Assembly: GCA_030390025.1 (NCBI GenBank)
Contig: JASTWF010000325.1
Coordinates: forward strand, 372,001 to 436,000
Source: Squalus acanthias
Lineage: Eukaryota
Direction of reading: 5' to 3'
Length of the DNA stretch: 64,000 nucleotides
Shown here: piece after piece, positions 46,961 through 58,408 of the stretch
Position numbering within the stretch: position 1 is the stretch's first letter
Layout of the letters: each line of letters starts with the position of its first letter
Notes under the pieces: model-generated
Told to the model about the DNA's origin: nothing
Databases searched by the model: none
The model's input: the letters and a program-made list of their open reading frames with translations, nothing else
Position numbers and translations under genes: made by a program

Positions 46961-49900
46961 TGTGTGAAAGGGTGGGGAGTTGGATGGGGTAGTGTGTTTG
47001 TGAAAGGGTGGGGAGTTGGATGGGGTACCGTGTGTGTGTGAGGGTGGGGAGTTGGATGGGGTACAGTGTGTGAAAGGGTGGGGAGTTGGATGGAGTACAG
47101 TGTGTGTGAAAGGGTGGGGAGTTGGATGGGGTACAGTGTGTGTGAAAGTGTGGGGAGTTGGATGGGGTACAGTGTGTGTGAAAGGGTGGGGAGTTGGATG
47201 GGGTACAGTGTGTGTGAGAGGGTGGGGAGTTGGATGGGGTACAGTGTGTGTGAAAGAGTGGGGAGTTGGATGGGGTACAGTGTGTGTGAGGGTGGGGAGT
47301 TGGATGGGGTACAGTGTGTGTGAAAGGGTGGGGAGTTGGATGGGGTCCAGTGTGTGTGAGGGTGGGGAGTTGGATGGGGTACAGTGTGTGTGAGAGGGTG
47401 GGGAGTTGGATGGGGTACAGTGTGTGTGAGAGGGTGGAGAGTTGGATGGGGTACAGTGTGTGTGAAAGAGTGGGGAGTTGGATGGGGTACAGTGTGTGTG
47501 AGGGTGGGGAGTTGGATGGGGTACAGTGTGTGTGAAAGGGTGGGGAGTTGGATGGGGTACAGTGTGTGTGAAAGGGTGGGGAGTTGGATGGTGTACAGTG
47601 TGTGTGTGAGGGTGGGGAGTTGGATGGGGTACAGTGTGTGTGTGAGGGTGGGGAGTTGGATGGGGTACAGTGTGTGTGTGAAAGGGTGGGGAGTTGGATG
47701 GTGTACAGTGTGTGTCAAAGGGTGGGGAGTTGGATGGGGTACAGTGTGTGTGAGGGTGGGGAGTTGGATGGGGTACAGTGTGTGTCAAAGGGTGGGGAGT
47801 TGGATGGGGTAGTGTGTGTGTGAAAGGGTGGGGAGTTGGATGGGGTACAGTGTGTGTGAGGGTGAGGAGTTGGATGGGGTGCAGTGTGTGTCAAAGGGTG
47901 GGGAGTTGAATGGGGTACAGTGTGTGTGAGGGTGGGGAGTTGGATGGGGTACAGTGTGTGTGAGGGTGGGGAGTTGGATGGGGTACAGTGTGCGTGAAGG
48001 TGGGGAGTTGGATGGGGTACAGTGTGTGTGAGGGTGGGGAGTTGGATGGGGTACAGTGTGTGAAAGGGTGGGGAGTTGGATGGGGTAGTGTGTGTGTGAA
48101 AGGGTGGGGAGTTGGATGGGGTACCGTGTGTGTGTGAGGGTGGGGAGTTGGATGGGGTACAGTGTGTGAAAGGGTGGGGAGTTGGATGGAGTACAGTGTG
48201 TGTGAAAGGGTGGGGAGTTGGATGGGGTACAGTGTGTGTGAAAGGGTGGGGAGTTGGATGGGGTACAGTGTGTGTGAGGGTGGGGAGTTGGATGGGGTAC
48301 AGTGTGTGTGAAAGGGTGGGGAGTTGGATGGGGTACAGTGTGTGTGAAAGGGTGGGGAGTTGGATGGTGTACAGTGTGTGTGTGAGGGTGGGGAGTTGGA
48401 TGGGGTACAGTGTGTGTGTGAGGGTGGGGAGTTGGATGGGGTACAGTGTGTGTGTGAAAGGGTGGGGAGTTGGATGGGGTACAGTGTGTGAAAGGGTGGG
48501 GAGTTGGATGGTGTACAGTGTGTGTCAAAGGGTGGGGAGTTGGATGGGGTACAGTGTGTGTGAGGGTGAGGAGTTGGATGGGGTACAGTGTGTGTCAAAG
48601 GGTGGGGAGTTGGATGGGGTACAGTGTGTGTGAGGGTGAGGAGTTGGATGGGGTACAGTGTGGGTCAAAGGGTGGGGAGTTGGATGGGGTACAGTGTGTG
48701 TGAGGGTGAGGAGTTGGATGGGGTGCAGTGTGTGTCAAAGGGTGGGGAGTTGGATGGGGTACAGTGTGTGTGAGGGTGGGGAGTTGGATGGGGTACAGTG
48801 TGTGTGAGGGTGGGGAGTTGGATGGGGTACAGTGTGCGTGAAGGTGGGGAGTTGGATGGGGTACAGTGTGTGTGAGGGTGGGGAGTTGGATGGGGTACAG
48901 TGTGTGAAAGGGTGGGGAGTTGGATGGGGTACAGTGTGTGAAAGGGTGGGGAGTTGGATGGGGTACAGTGTGTGTGAAAGGGTGGGGAGTTGGATGGGGT
49001 ACAGTGTGTGTGAAAGGGTGGGGAGTTGGATGGGGCACAGTGTGTGTGTGAGGGTGGGGAGTTGGATGGGGTACAGTGTGTGTGAAAGGGTGGGGAGTTG
49101 GATGGGGTACAGTGTGTGTGAAAGGGTGGGGAGTTGGATGGGGTACAGTGTGTGTGAGAGGGTGGGGAGTTGGATGGGGTACAGAGTGTGTGAGGGTGGG
49201 GAGTTGGATGGGGTACAGTGTGTGTGAGGGTGGGGAGCTGGATGGGGTACAGTGTGTGTGAGGGTGGGGAGTTGGATGGGGTACAGTGTGTGAAAGGGTG
49301 GGGAGTTGGATGGGGTACAGTGTGTGTGTGAGGGTGGGGAGTTGGATGGGGTACAGTGTGTGAGAGGGTGGGGAGTTGGATGGGGTACAGTGTGTGTGAG
49401 AGGGTGGGGAGTTGGATGGGGTACAGTGTGTGTGAGGGTGGGGAGTTGGATGGGGCACAGTGTGTGTGAAAGGGTGGGGAGTTGGATGGGGTACAGTGTG
49501 TGTGAAAGGGTGGGGAGTTGGATGGGGTACAGTGTGTGTGAGAGGGTGGGGAGTTGGATGGGGTACAGTGTGTGTGAGGGTGGGGAGTTGGATGGGGTAC
49601 AGTGTGTGAAAGGGTGGGGAGTTGAATGGGGTACAGTGTGTGTGAAAGGGTGGGGAGTTGGATGGGGTACAGTGTGTGTGAGAGGGTGGGGAGTTGGATG
49701 GGGCACAGTGTGTGTGTGAGGGTGGGGAGTTGGATGGGGTACAGTGTGTGTGAAAGGGTGGGGAGTTGGATGGGGTACAGTGTGTGTGAAAGGGTGGGGA
49801 GTTGGATGGGGTACAGTGTGTGTGAGAGGGTGGGGAGTTGGATGGTGTACAGTGTGTGTGAGGGTGGGGAGTTGGATGGGGTACAGTGTGTGTGAGGGTG

Positions 49901-51082
49901 GGGAGCTGGATGGGGTACAGTGTGTGTGAGGGTGGGGAGTTGGATGGGGTACAGTGTGTGAAAGGGTGGGGAGTTGGATGGGGTACAGTGTGTGCGTGAG
50001 GGTGGGGAGTTGGATGGGGTACAGTGTGTGAGAGGGTGGGGAGTTGAATGGGGTACAGTGTGTGTGAGAGGGTGGGGAGTTGGATGGGGTACAGTGTGTC
50101 TGAAAGAGTGGGGAATTGAATGGGGTACAGTGTGTGTGTGAAAGGGTGGGGAGTTGGATGGTGAACAGTGTGTGTGAAAGGGTGGGGAGTTGGATGGGGT
50201 ACAGTGTGTGAGAGAGGGTGGGGAGTTGGATGGTGTACAGTGTGTGTGAAAGGGTGGGGAGTTGGACGGGGTAAAGTGTGTGTGTGTGTGGGGAGTTGGA
50301 TGGGGTACAGTGTGTGTCAAAGGGTGGGGAGTTGGATGGGGTACAGTGTGTGTGAGGGTGAGGAGTTGGATGGGGTACAGTGTGTGTCAAAGGGTGGGGA
50401 GTTGGATGGGGTACAGTGTGTGTGAGGGTGGGGAGTTGGATGGGGTACAGTGTGTGTGAGGGTGCGGAGTTGAATGGGGTACAGTGTGTGCGTGAAAGGG
50501 TGGGGAGTTGGATGGGGTACAGTGTGTGTGTGAGGGTGGGGAGTTGGATGGGGTACAGTGTGTGAAAGGGTGGGGAGTTGGATGGGGTACAGTGTGTGTG
50601 TGAGGGTGGGGTGTTGGACGGGGTACAGTGTGTGTGTGTGAGGGTGGGGAGTTGGATGGGGTACAGTGTGTGTGAGGGTGGGGAGTTGGATGGGGTACAG
50701 TGTGTGTGAGGGTGGGGAGCTGGATGGGGTACAGTGTGTGTGAGGGTGGGGAGTTGGATGGGGTACAGTGTGTGAAAGGGTGGGGAGTTGGATGGGGTAC
50801 AGTGTGTGTGTGAGGGTGGGGAGTTGGATGGGGTACAGTGTGTGAGAGGGTGGGGAGTTGGATGGGGTACAGTGTGTGTGAGAGGGTGGGGAGTTGGATG
50901 GGGTACAGTGTGTCTGAAAGAGTGGGGAGTTGAATGGGATACAGTGTGTGTGTGAAAGGGTGGGGAGTTGGATGGTGAACAGTGTGTGTGAAGGGTGGGG
51001 AGTTGGATGGGGTACAGTGTGTGAGAGAGGGTGGGGAGTTGGATGGTGTACAGTGTGTGTGAAAGGGTGGGGAGTTGGAGGG
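46961..51082. repeat. ~32-38-bp G-rich minisatellite
   Basis: gggtggggagttggatggggtacagtgtgtgtga(aa) units running into the gap. Confidence 0.97.
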
Positions 51083-51282
51083 NNNNNNNNNNNNNNNNNN
51101 NNNNNNNNNNNNNNNNNNNNNNNNNNNNNNNNNNNNNNNNNNNNNNNNNNNNNNNNNNNNNNNNNNNNNNNNNNNNNNNNNNNNNNNNNNNNNNNNNNNN
51201 NNNNNNNNNNNNNNNNNNNNNNNNNNNNNNNNNNNNNNNNNNNNNNNNNNNNNNNNNNNNNNNNNNNNNNNNNNNNNNNNNN
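51083..51282. other. Assembly gap
   Basis: 200 N. Confidence 1.
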
Positions 51283-52235
51283 CCCCACCCTCACCCACAA
51301 CCCCACCCTCATCCTCACACTTACCCTCACCTCACCCCACCCTCATCCTCACCCTCACCCTCACCCCTACCCTCACCCTCACCCTCACCCCCAACCTCAA
51401 CCTCACCCTCACCCCCACCCTCACCCTCACCCCCACCCTCACCCTCACTCTCACCCTCACCCCACCCTCACCTCACCCCACCGCACCCCCACCCAACCTC
51501 ACCCCCACATCACCCCACCCTCACCCTCGCCCTCACCCCACCCTCACCCCCACCCTCACCCTCACCTCACCCTGACCCCACCCCCACCCTCACCCCACCC
51601 CCACCCTCACCTCCACCCCCACCCTCACCCAAACCCTCACCCTCACCCTCACCCCCACCCTCACCCCCCACCCTCACCCACAACCCCACCCTCATCCTCA
51701 CACTTACCCTCACCTCACCCCACCCTCATCCTCACCGTCACCCTCACCCCTACCCTCACCCTCACCCTCATCCCCAACCTCAACCTCACCCTCACCCCCA
51801 CCCTCACCCTCACCCCCACCCTCACCCTCACTCTCACCCTCACCCAACCCTCACCTCACCCCACCCCACCCCCACCCAACCTCACCACCACCTCACCCCA
51901 CCCTCACCCTCACCCTCACCCCACCCTCACCCCCACCCTCACCCTCACCCCCACCCTCACCCTCACGCTCACCCTCACCCAACCCTCACCCCACCCCACC
52001 TCCACCCAACCTCACCCCCACCTCACCCCACCCTCACCCTCACCCTCACCCCACCCTCACCCCCACCCTCACCCTCACCTCACCCTGACCCCACCCCCAC
52101 CCTCACCCCACCCCCACCCTCACCTCCACCCCCACCCTCACCCAAACCCTCACCCCCACCCTCACCCTCACCTCACCCTGTCCCCCCCTCACCTCCACCC
52201 CCACCATCACCCTCACCCCACCCCCACCCTCACTC
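51283..52235. repeat. Degenerate (CACCCT)n repeat
   Basis: caccct/cacccc hexamers. Confidence 0.95.
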
Positions 52236-52855
52236 CCCTTGACCTCTAAGGGACACACATTTACTTTCGCTAATCTCTTCCTTTTTACATACCTCTGGCC
52301 TTTACAATCTGTTTTTATGTTTCTTGCTACTTTACTCTCATATTTTATTTTCTCTCGCTTTATCAATTTCTTGGCCCTCCTTTTCTGAATTCGAAAATCC
52401 TCCCAATCCCCAGACTTACTACTCTTCCTTTGATCTAATACTATCTTTAACTTCTCTTGTTAGCCATGGTTGGACCACTTTTCCCACAGGGTTCTTATTC
52501 CTTAAGGAAATGTATATTTGTCATGAATTATGAATTAATTCTTTAAATGTTTGCTTTTGCTTATTTACCATCATATCTTTTAATCTACTTTCCCAATCTA
52601 CCTCAGCCAGCTCACCCCCTCATACATGCGTAGTTTGCTTTGTTCAGAATTAAGACCCTAGTTTCGGACTTAACTAAATCACTCCCAAACTCAATATAAA
52701 ATTCTTTCATATTATGATCACTCTTCCCCGAGGATCCTTTAGTATAAGGTTATTAATTAAACCTATATCATTGCACAATACTAGATCTAAAATAGTCAGT
52801 TCCATAGTTGGTTCCTTGACATACTGATCTCAAAAACTATCTTGAATGCATTCCA
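52236..52855 (-). mobile_element. CR1 ORF2 internal fragment
   Basis: IKREKIKYESKVARNIKTDCK..RYVKRKRLAKVNV.PL. Confidence 0.8.
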
Positions 52856-52859
52856 TGAA

Positions 52860-53775
52860 CACATATGTGCAGCCATCAAGAAATGTGCAGCCAATGGGAT
52901 ATGGACAGCTAATGGGATAAGTGCAGCCAAGGAGATATCTGCAGCCAACAAGATATATGCAGCCAATGGGATAGTTGCAGCCAATGGGATAGTTGCAGCC
53001 AATGAAATATTTGCAGCCAATGAGATATGTACAGCCAGTGGGCTGTGTGCAGCCAGTGCAGTCAGTGGGACATGTTTATACAGTCCAGCTAGTGGGACAC
53101 TTTCAGCCAGTGCGACATGTGCAGCCAATGGAACATGTGTGGCCAGTGCAGCCAGTGAGACATTTTTAGTCAGTGCAGCCAGTGGTACATGTTTAACCAG
53201 TGCAGACAGTGGGATATGTGTAGCCATTACAGCCAGTGGTGTGTAGCCGGTGCAGTCATTGGGATGTGTGCATCCTGTGCAGTCAGTGTGACATGTGAAT
53301 CCAGTGCAGCCAGTGGAACATGTGTAGCCAGTGCAGCCAGTGGGGCATGTATAGCCAGTGCAACAAATGCAGCCAGTGCAGTCATTGGGACATGTGTATG
53401 CAGTGCAGCCAGTGGCATATGTATAGCCAATACAGTTAATGTGACATGTGAAGCCAATGGGTCGTGTGTAGCCAATGGGATATGTACAGCCAATGAGTCA
53501 TGTGTAGCCAGTGCTGCCAGTGGAACATGTGTCATAATTGCAGCCAGTGGTTTGTAGACGGTGCAGTCAAAGGGACATGTGCATCCAATGCAGCCAGTGA
53601 GCCAAGTGTAGCTGATGCAGTTGCGGGGACATGTATAGCCAATGAAATCAGCAGGACATGTGGAGCCAGTACAGTCAGTGGGACATGTGTTAGCCAGTGT
53701 CACATATGTAGCCAGTGGGAGCTGTGCAGCCAGTGAGGGATGTGTTAGCCGGTACAGTCAGTGGAACATGTGCAG
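52860..53775. repeat. Degenerate 18-bp satellite
   Basis: atgtgcagccagtgggac-like units, same family as 63213-64000. Confidence 0.85.
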
Positions 53776-53776
53776 C

Positions 53777-53890
53777 ATCTCTACCTCTCGTTCCTCCTTT
53801 AAGGCACTCCTTAAAACCTACCTCTTTTGGTCATCTGCCCTAATATCTCTTTATGTGGCTCAGTGTTAAATTTTGTTTGATAACACTCCA
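53777..53890 (+). mobile_element. L2 3' fragment, truncated at the provirus junction
   Basis: tttaaggcactccttaaaacctacctc...tttgtttgataacactcc matches the L2 at 11941-12100 in reverse. Confidence 0.7.
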
Positions 53891-54999
53891 TGCTCCTCCC
53901 TTGAGTCTGTGAACAGGAGCAAATCATCCACGTACTGCACTATCTGATTGGGCTGACTAAACTCCTTTAAACTTCCTGCCATACACTGATGGAAAATACT
54001 GGGGCTGTTGTGGAAACCTTGTGGCAAACAGTCCCATGTGTACTGTTGTCCTTTGAAAGTAAAGGCAAACTTGTACTGGTCCTCTCGCCGCAACGGGATG
54101 GACCAAAAACCGTTCGAGATATCCAGCACCGTGAACGTGGTCGCGGACGCTGGGATACTCCCTATTAGGTCAGCAACTGCTGCTACTGTGGGCGCGCAGG
54201 CGGGGATGTTACTGTTAAGGACTCTGTAGTCCACCGTGGCCCTCCACGAATTATCCGGCTTCCTCACCGGCCATAATGGGGAGTTCACGTGTGTGGCTAT
54301 CGGTCTCAACACGCCCTGCTGCACCAATGAGGACATTGCTGTCTCCATGTCGGGTTCTGCTTCTTTGGGGAAGTTATACTGCTTTTGGGGCCGGGTCATG
54401 GGGTCCCCATCTACGCTGACCTCAAACCCGGTAACCCTTCCACAATCATGCTTGTGGGTTGCAAACGCGTGCATATTATCTGACACGTACGTTTGCATGC
54501 CCGTTGGGACATCCGCGACCATCAGCCCGAGGTCGTAACCTCCAGATGGCTTCATGGTACACAGGGCCCCTTTTCCTTCCTTCCCTGGGATTACAGCTAC
54601 CTTGCCTTTCCCACCCTTGGCTCCCCAGAGACAGTGATTCCTAAGGTCCACGAGGATCCCGTGTTCCGCTAGGAGATCCGATCCGAGGATATCTCTCCCA
54701 CCCCCCTCTTGCCATTTCGTCAGTATGCACTTTCATGTGGTGTGGAGTGCTCCTAAATGAATGGAGAGCGGAATGGAGAACGCGCCAGCCTGCTCTTTTC
54801 CCGTGAACCCCGCTAATGTGAATGGGACCTTGGTAGACAGTGGTGAGTCAAAGGGGCTATCTGTATGGATCACGGTGCATGAAGCTCCCGTATCCAACAA
54901 GTAACTACCCTTCTGCTTCTCTACCTCCATCTCTACCAGGGGTCTTTTCCACGCATCATAGCTGAGCGGACACAGGTAAATGGGCTGCGCAGGCTTTAG
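53888..54999 (-). pseudogene. pol: aspartic protease and RT N-terminal half
   Basis: LLDTGASCT, ILGSDLL, FATHKHDCG, PQKQY, NSPLWPVRKPDNSWRATVDYR, LDISNGFWSIPL, LPQGFHNSP, QYVDDLL. One in-frame TGA at 54733-54735; truncated after DSREEH. Confidence 0.92.
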
Positions 55000-56823
55000 T
55001 CATTGGGTACCGGTGGACGGGGTTGTGGCATCTGTGGGGCCGGTAACGACTGCCACTTTCCCGTGCGAAATCATAAGGGACCGCATGGCTCCCAACATTG
55101 ATTCTATCGCATCGGGATGGATAGGCACACCAGCTCCTTTCTCAGAGACAGGCGCTTGGGTTCGGACTGCGGGAGCTTTTTCCCTGGAATCCTTCCAGGG
55201 ATTCCTGCAGTTTTTACGCCAGTGACCTGTCTTCCCGCACCCGTAACAAACACCACTGGTTTGTGGGGCGCGATTTCCCTCCTGATGCCACTCTTTCTGA
55301 GCCGGAGCTGCGTGCTTTGCCTCATGCACCTTTCCCTTAAGGGGACGCGCTCCCGTGCTCCTAGTGTTCTGATACCCTATGGTGAGTCGATTCAGGACAG
55401 ACTCCTCCGTGGTGTCGGGGTTAGTGGGATCAAACCACGCTCTGGCCTGCTCCCTGATGGCTGGCAAGCTGTTGGCTACCATGCACCTGAGCCAATGAGC
55501 TTTCCCGGCGCCGTGCAGATAGCTGCGCTCTGGCGCACCTGGGCAGCTACGCTGGTATACTGGCCACAGTCTGTCGGCAAAAACCCGCAGGGGTTCTCCC
55601 TCCATCTGTACGGTCTGACCCAATCTGACGAACGGACCCTCGTCATCCGCCCTTAACACTTCTAGGACCTCGTCCCGTAACTCCTCATAGGTTTTATTTC
55701 CCTTCTTGCTCTCATCGGAGAGACACTGAAGGATCGAGCTATCTAAAGAAAACAGCAACATTTTGGTCTTTTCCTCATCGTCGCAGCCATTAATCGCTGC
55801 GGTCTGTTCTACTTCCCTAAAATGTACGGAAGGGTCTTCTGACTCGGACAGCTTCCGTACATGGCTAATCATTGCTCTCAGCTGGTGTGAGCTGTGGGGC
55901 AATACAAGTTGGTTCAGAACATCCCCGTCTGCCCCATCTGCCCCATTCGGGCCTCTCTTATGACCTCGGACCGGACACATCAGTCCTGGTCTCGACGCTA
56001 CCTCCGGGGATTGTCCTACCTCGGGAACCTTCTTCTCTATTTCCACCACTTCCTCCCTTACCCAGGTTGCCGAATAGCTGGGTGGCGCGGAGGGCATAGT
56101 GGTAGATACCTCTTCTGCTTTTTCCGGTAGGGATTTGGGGAATTCCCTACCCACCTGTGGCTGGCTCGCTGACGGGCTGATGAGACACACCAAGCCGTTT
56201 GCCTTATTCAGGGACTCCCTTAGGTTCTCTATCTCCCTCTGGCAAACACTGTGGTCGGCTCCCTCATGCCTATCCTCGAGAGCCATCTTGTATGCCGCCC
56301 TAACTCCCCTCAAGCTTTCTTCCTGGGCTTTTATCTGGTTAGCTAGGCGGATACACCGTTCTCTAATCCTTCCCTCGTTTAATTTTGCTTCCATGACCTG
56401 ACATTCTAGGTAATCAATTTTAGCCTCGTGGTGGTTGGCTACTATTTGGCGTTCCTGATGCAACGCATTCAATGATGCGATGAGTTTCTGTCCTCCCGTG
56501 ACCTTTTCCTCCATCTCAGTTTCCAATCCCCTGATCTGAGCTGCCTGTGCTGCAATGACCTGGTCCGAAAGTTGGACTTGCTTCTTGTACCACATCAGCC
56601 AGACCGCTTTCTCTACCGACTTCTTATGATCTTTACTGCCTGTCCATTTGATGGCGGCGTCTAGCGGACGCTTATCCATCAGTAGGTCACATATCCACTT
56701 TTTGGTTAAGTTAACCTTCCCAAACACATAGTCGGCTACCTTATCATCCATCACATTTCGCCTATTCAAACCAGGGTCTAAAACATTACTCTCCTGCTGC
56801 CAGAGTCCTGCCGCGGTCGCCAT
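55000..56823 (-). CDS. Intact gag ORF (coiled coil, capsid-like region, CCHC knuckle)
   Basis: About 607 open codons from ATG 56823, with CYGCGKTGHWRKNC. Directly upstream of and in frame with the protease. Confidence 0.88.
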   Translation of the reverse strand: MATAAGLWQQESNVLDPGLNRRNVMDDKVADYVFGKVNLTKKWICDLLMDKRPLDAAIKWTGSKDHKKSVEKAVWLMWYKKQVQLSDQVIAAQAAQIRGLETEMEEKVTGGQKLIASLNALHQERQIVANHHEAKIDYLECQVMEAKLNEGRIRERCIRLANQIKAQEESLRGVRAAYKMALEDRHEGADHSVCQREIENLRESLNKANGLVCLISPSASQPQVGREFPKSLPEKAEEVSTTMPSAPPSYSATWVREEVVEIEKKVPEVGQSPEVASRPGLMCPVRGHKRGPNGADGADGDVLNQLVLPHSSHQLRAMISHVRKLSESEDPSVHFREVEQTAAINGCDDEEKTKMLLFSLDSSILQCLSDESKKGNKTYEELRDEVLEVLRADDEGPFVRLGQTVQMEGEPLRVFADRLWPVYQRSCPGAPERSYLHGAGKAHWLRCMVANSLPAIREQARAWFDPTNPDTTEESVLNRLTIGYQNTRSTGARPLKGKVHEAKHAAPAQKEWHQEGNRAPQTSGVCYGCGKTGHWRKNCRNPWKDSREKAPAVRTQAPVSEKGAGVPIHPDAIESMLGAMRSLMISHGKVAVVTGPTDATTPSTGTQ

Positions 56824-57182
56824 TTTCTGTAAGGGGGCGTGTCTCAGACGGTGCTGGTGCGAGGTTAGGCCTTCGTTGCCTATACTATTGCTTGCTCTGG
56901 TCTCCGGCCAGCCTTTTTGCAATAAGCACCTGTGAGTGGTTCGACCCACTCGCCCTTACGGTTCTAACACTGGACTTAGGTGCAGGGAGCAGTAATGCAG
57001 AGAAAAACTCAAATAGACCCGGTTGAATAGTACAAAATGGAAATCTTTATTGCATGGCATCTAAAATCATGAAATACATGTCATAGGCGCAAATCAAAGA
57101 TAGTACAAGTATACATACATTCATAAAGCTTGGTCTATGGAAATGGAGAACACACGGCACATCGTAAAAAGGGGAACACATT

Positions 57183-58075
57183 GGGGTAAAAATTCAGTTG
57201 GTTGCGTCTCCCGTTAGCGCCTTAAGAGGGCGCTAATGGGGCGCAAAGCCGCTAACGCCTGGGCGCGGCGATGTTTGCGCCGCTCGGGAACTTAACTAGA
57301 GATTGTGCGGCGGCGCTAAACTTTACCGCTGCGACCACCTGCGCGCGCAGATTGTGACGTCATTCCATGGTGCAACGCCCTTGTGGCGCCCCGGAGCAGA
57401 AATTGAGTGGCGCCCCCTGCCTTACCGCCTGGCGCATCCAACGACCAGAAGACTGGAACGCTATCAATCGCTGTGGGGCTGGGGGGGGCGCTATTTAAAG
57501 GGGGCCTCTTCCTGTCTTTTATTGTTGGTGGCATTTTTGAACTACGCATTCTGAGAGAGAGAGGGAGAGACTCCTGGAGAGATTCAACGTTGTGTGAAGG
57601 AGTTTTGGGTACTGAGCAGCACTTTGCAGGTTCATTTTGATTTGCCATTCCTTGTATCGATTTAGCAGAGACTGTGGGAGCTGCACTCTGAGCTCTTTGC
57701 CTGGTACTCTCCATTGTTCTTTCCAGCACATTTGATGTGCAAGTCTCTCCAGGCCGAGATTCAAGGCTGCAATGAACAGGATGTGGATGGAAAGCAAGAT
57801 TAACCATCCCCTTTAAGAACTGGCCCGTGCCATTGTGTGTGTGTTCCATTGCTGACTGACATTACATGAGCTTCGCCAGCGCTCTGAGTTAGCGCCTCAC
57901 TCCTTGGCCTTTGCGCCTTAAGACAGGTGTGCAGCGCCTGATTTAGCGCTCCACTCACCTCCCGGGGCGGTAAAAGTGAAGTTTCCAGTCAGTGCCGATA
58001 ATTAGCGCCAGGCGCTAATATTTGCGTCCAGACGATATTTGCGCCCCAAATGGGGCGCGACCTAATTTTTCCCCC
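57183..58075. mobile_element. Non-autonomous PIF/Harbinger element, copy 2, inside the provirus LTR
   Basis: Colinear with 1223-2115; TIRs GGGGTAAAAATT / AATTTTTCCCCC; TSD ATT (57180-57182, 58076-58078). Confidence 0.92.
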
Positions 58076-58400
58076 ATTATCTCTTAACCTTATTAAAAAC
58101 CACCCTCCCTTTAACAATACCTACACTACATCTGGATTTGTAGGATCGGAAATCATGCTCACCACTCGTTTTACTTCGGAGATTTTAAAGTGAGGCACTC
58201 AGCTCCTTTCGCTGCAGCACCTGACTGTCACGTGTTTGGAAGGGTTTTCTGCACCCCACTTGTTTACTTTCGCTGCTGCGAAAAGCAGGCCAGACTCCCT
58301 GTTGTCATGAAGAACTCGACGGAACTCGGACACAATTCAAAGAAGAGTCTTCCTGTGTGTGGTACAGGTTGTAGTCGGTAGAACTCAAAGAAGAGTCCTG

Positions 58401-58408
58401 TATTTATA
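58401..58408 (-). promoter_or_regulatory. Candidate LTR TATA box
   Basis: TATAAATA on the - strand inside the inferred LTR, with AATAAA downstream at ~57047-57052. Confidence 0.5.

Noticed and set aside
51283..52235. Telomeric repeat
   Set aside because: The unit is CACCCT, not CCCTAA.
46900..52249. His/Pro/Thr-rich ORFs
   Set aside because: Satellite translations, some running through the N gap.
52796..53869. Ala-rich antifreeze- or ice-nucleation-like ORFs (also 63353-63997)
   Set aside because: Derived from an 18-bp satellite that is interrupted by stops and transposons.
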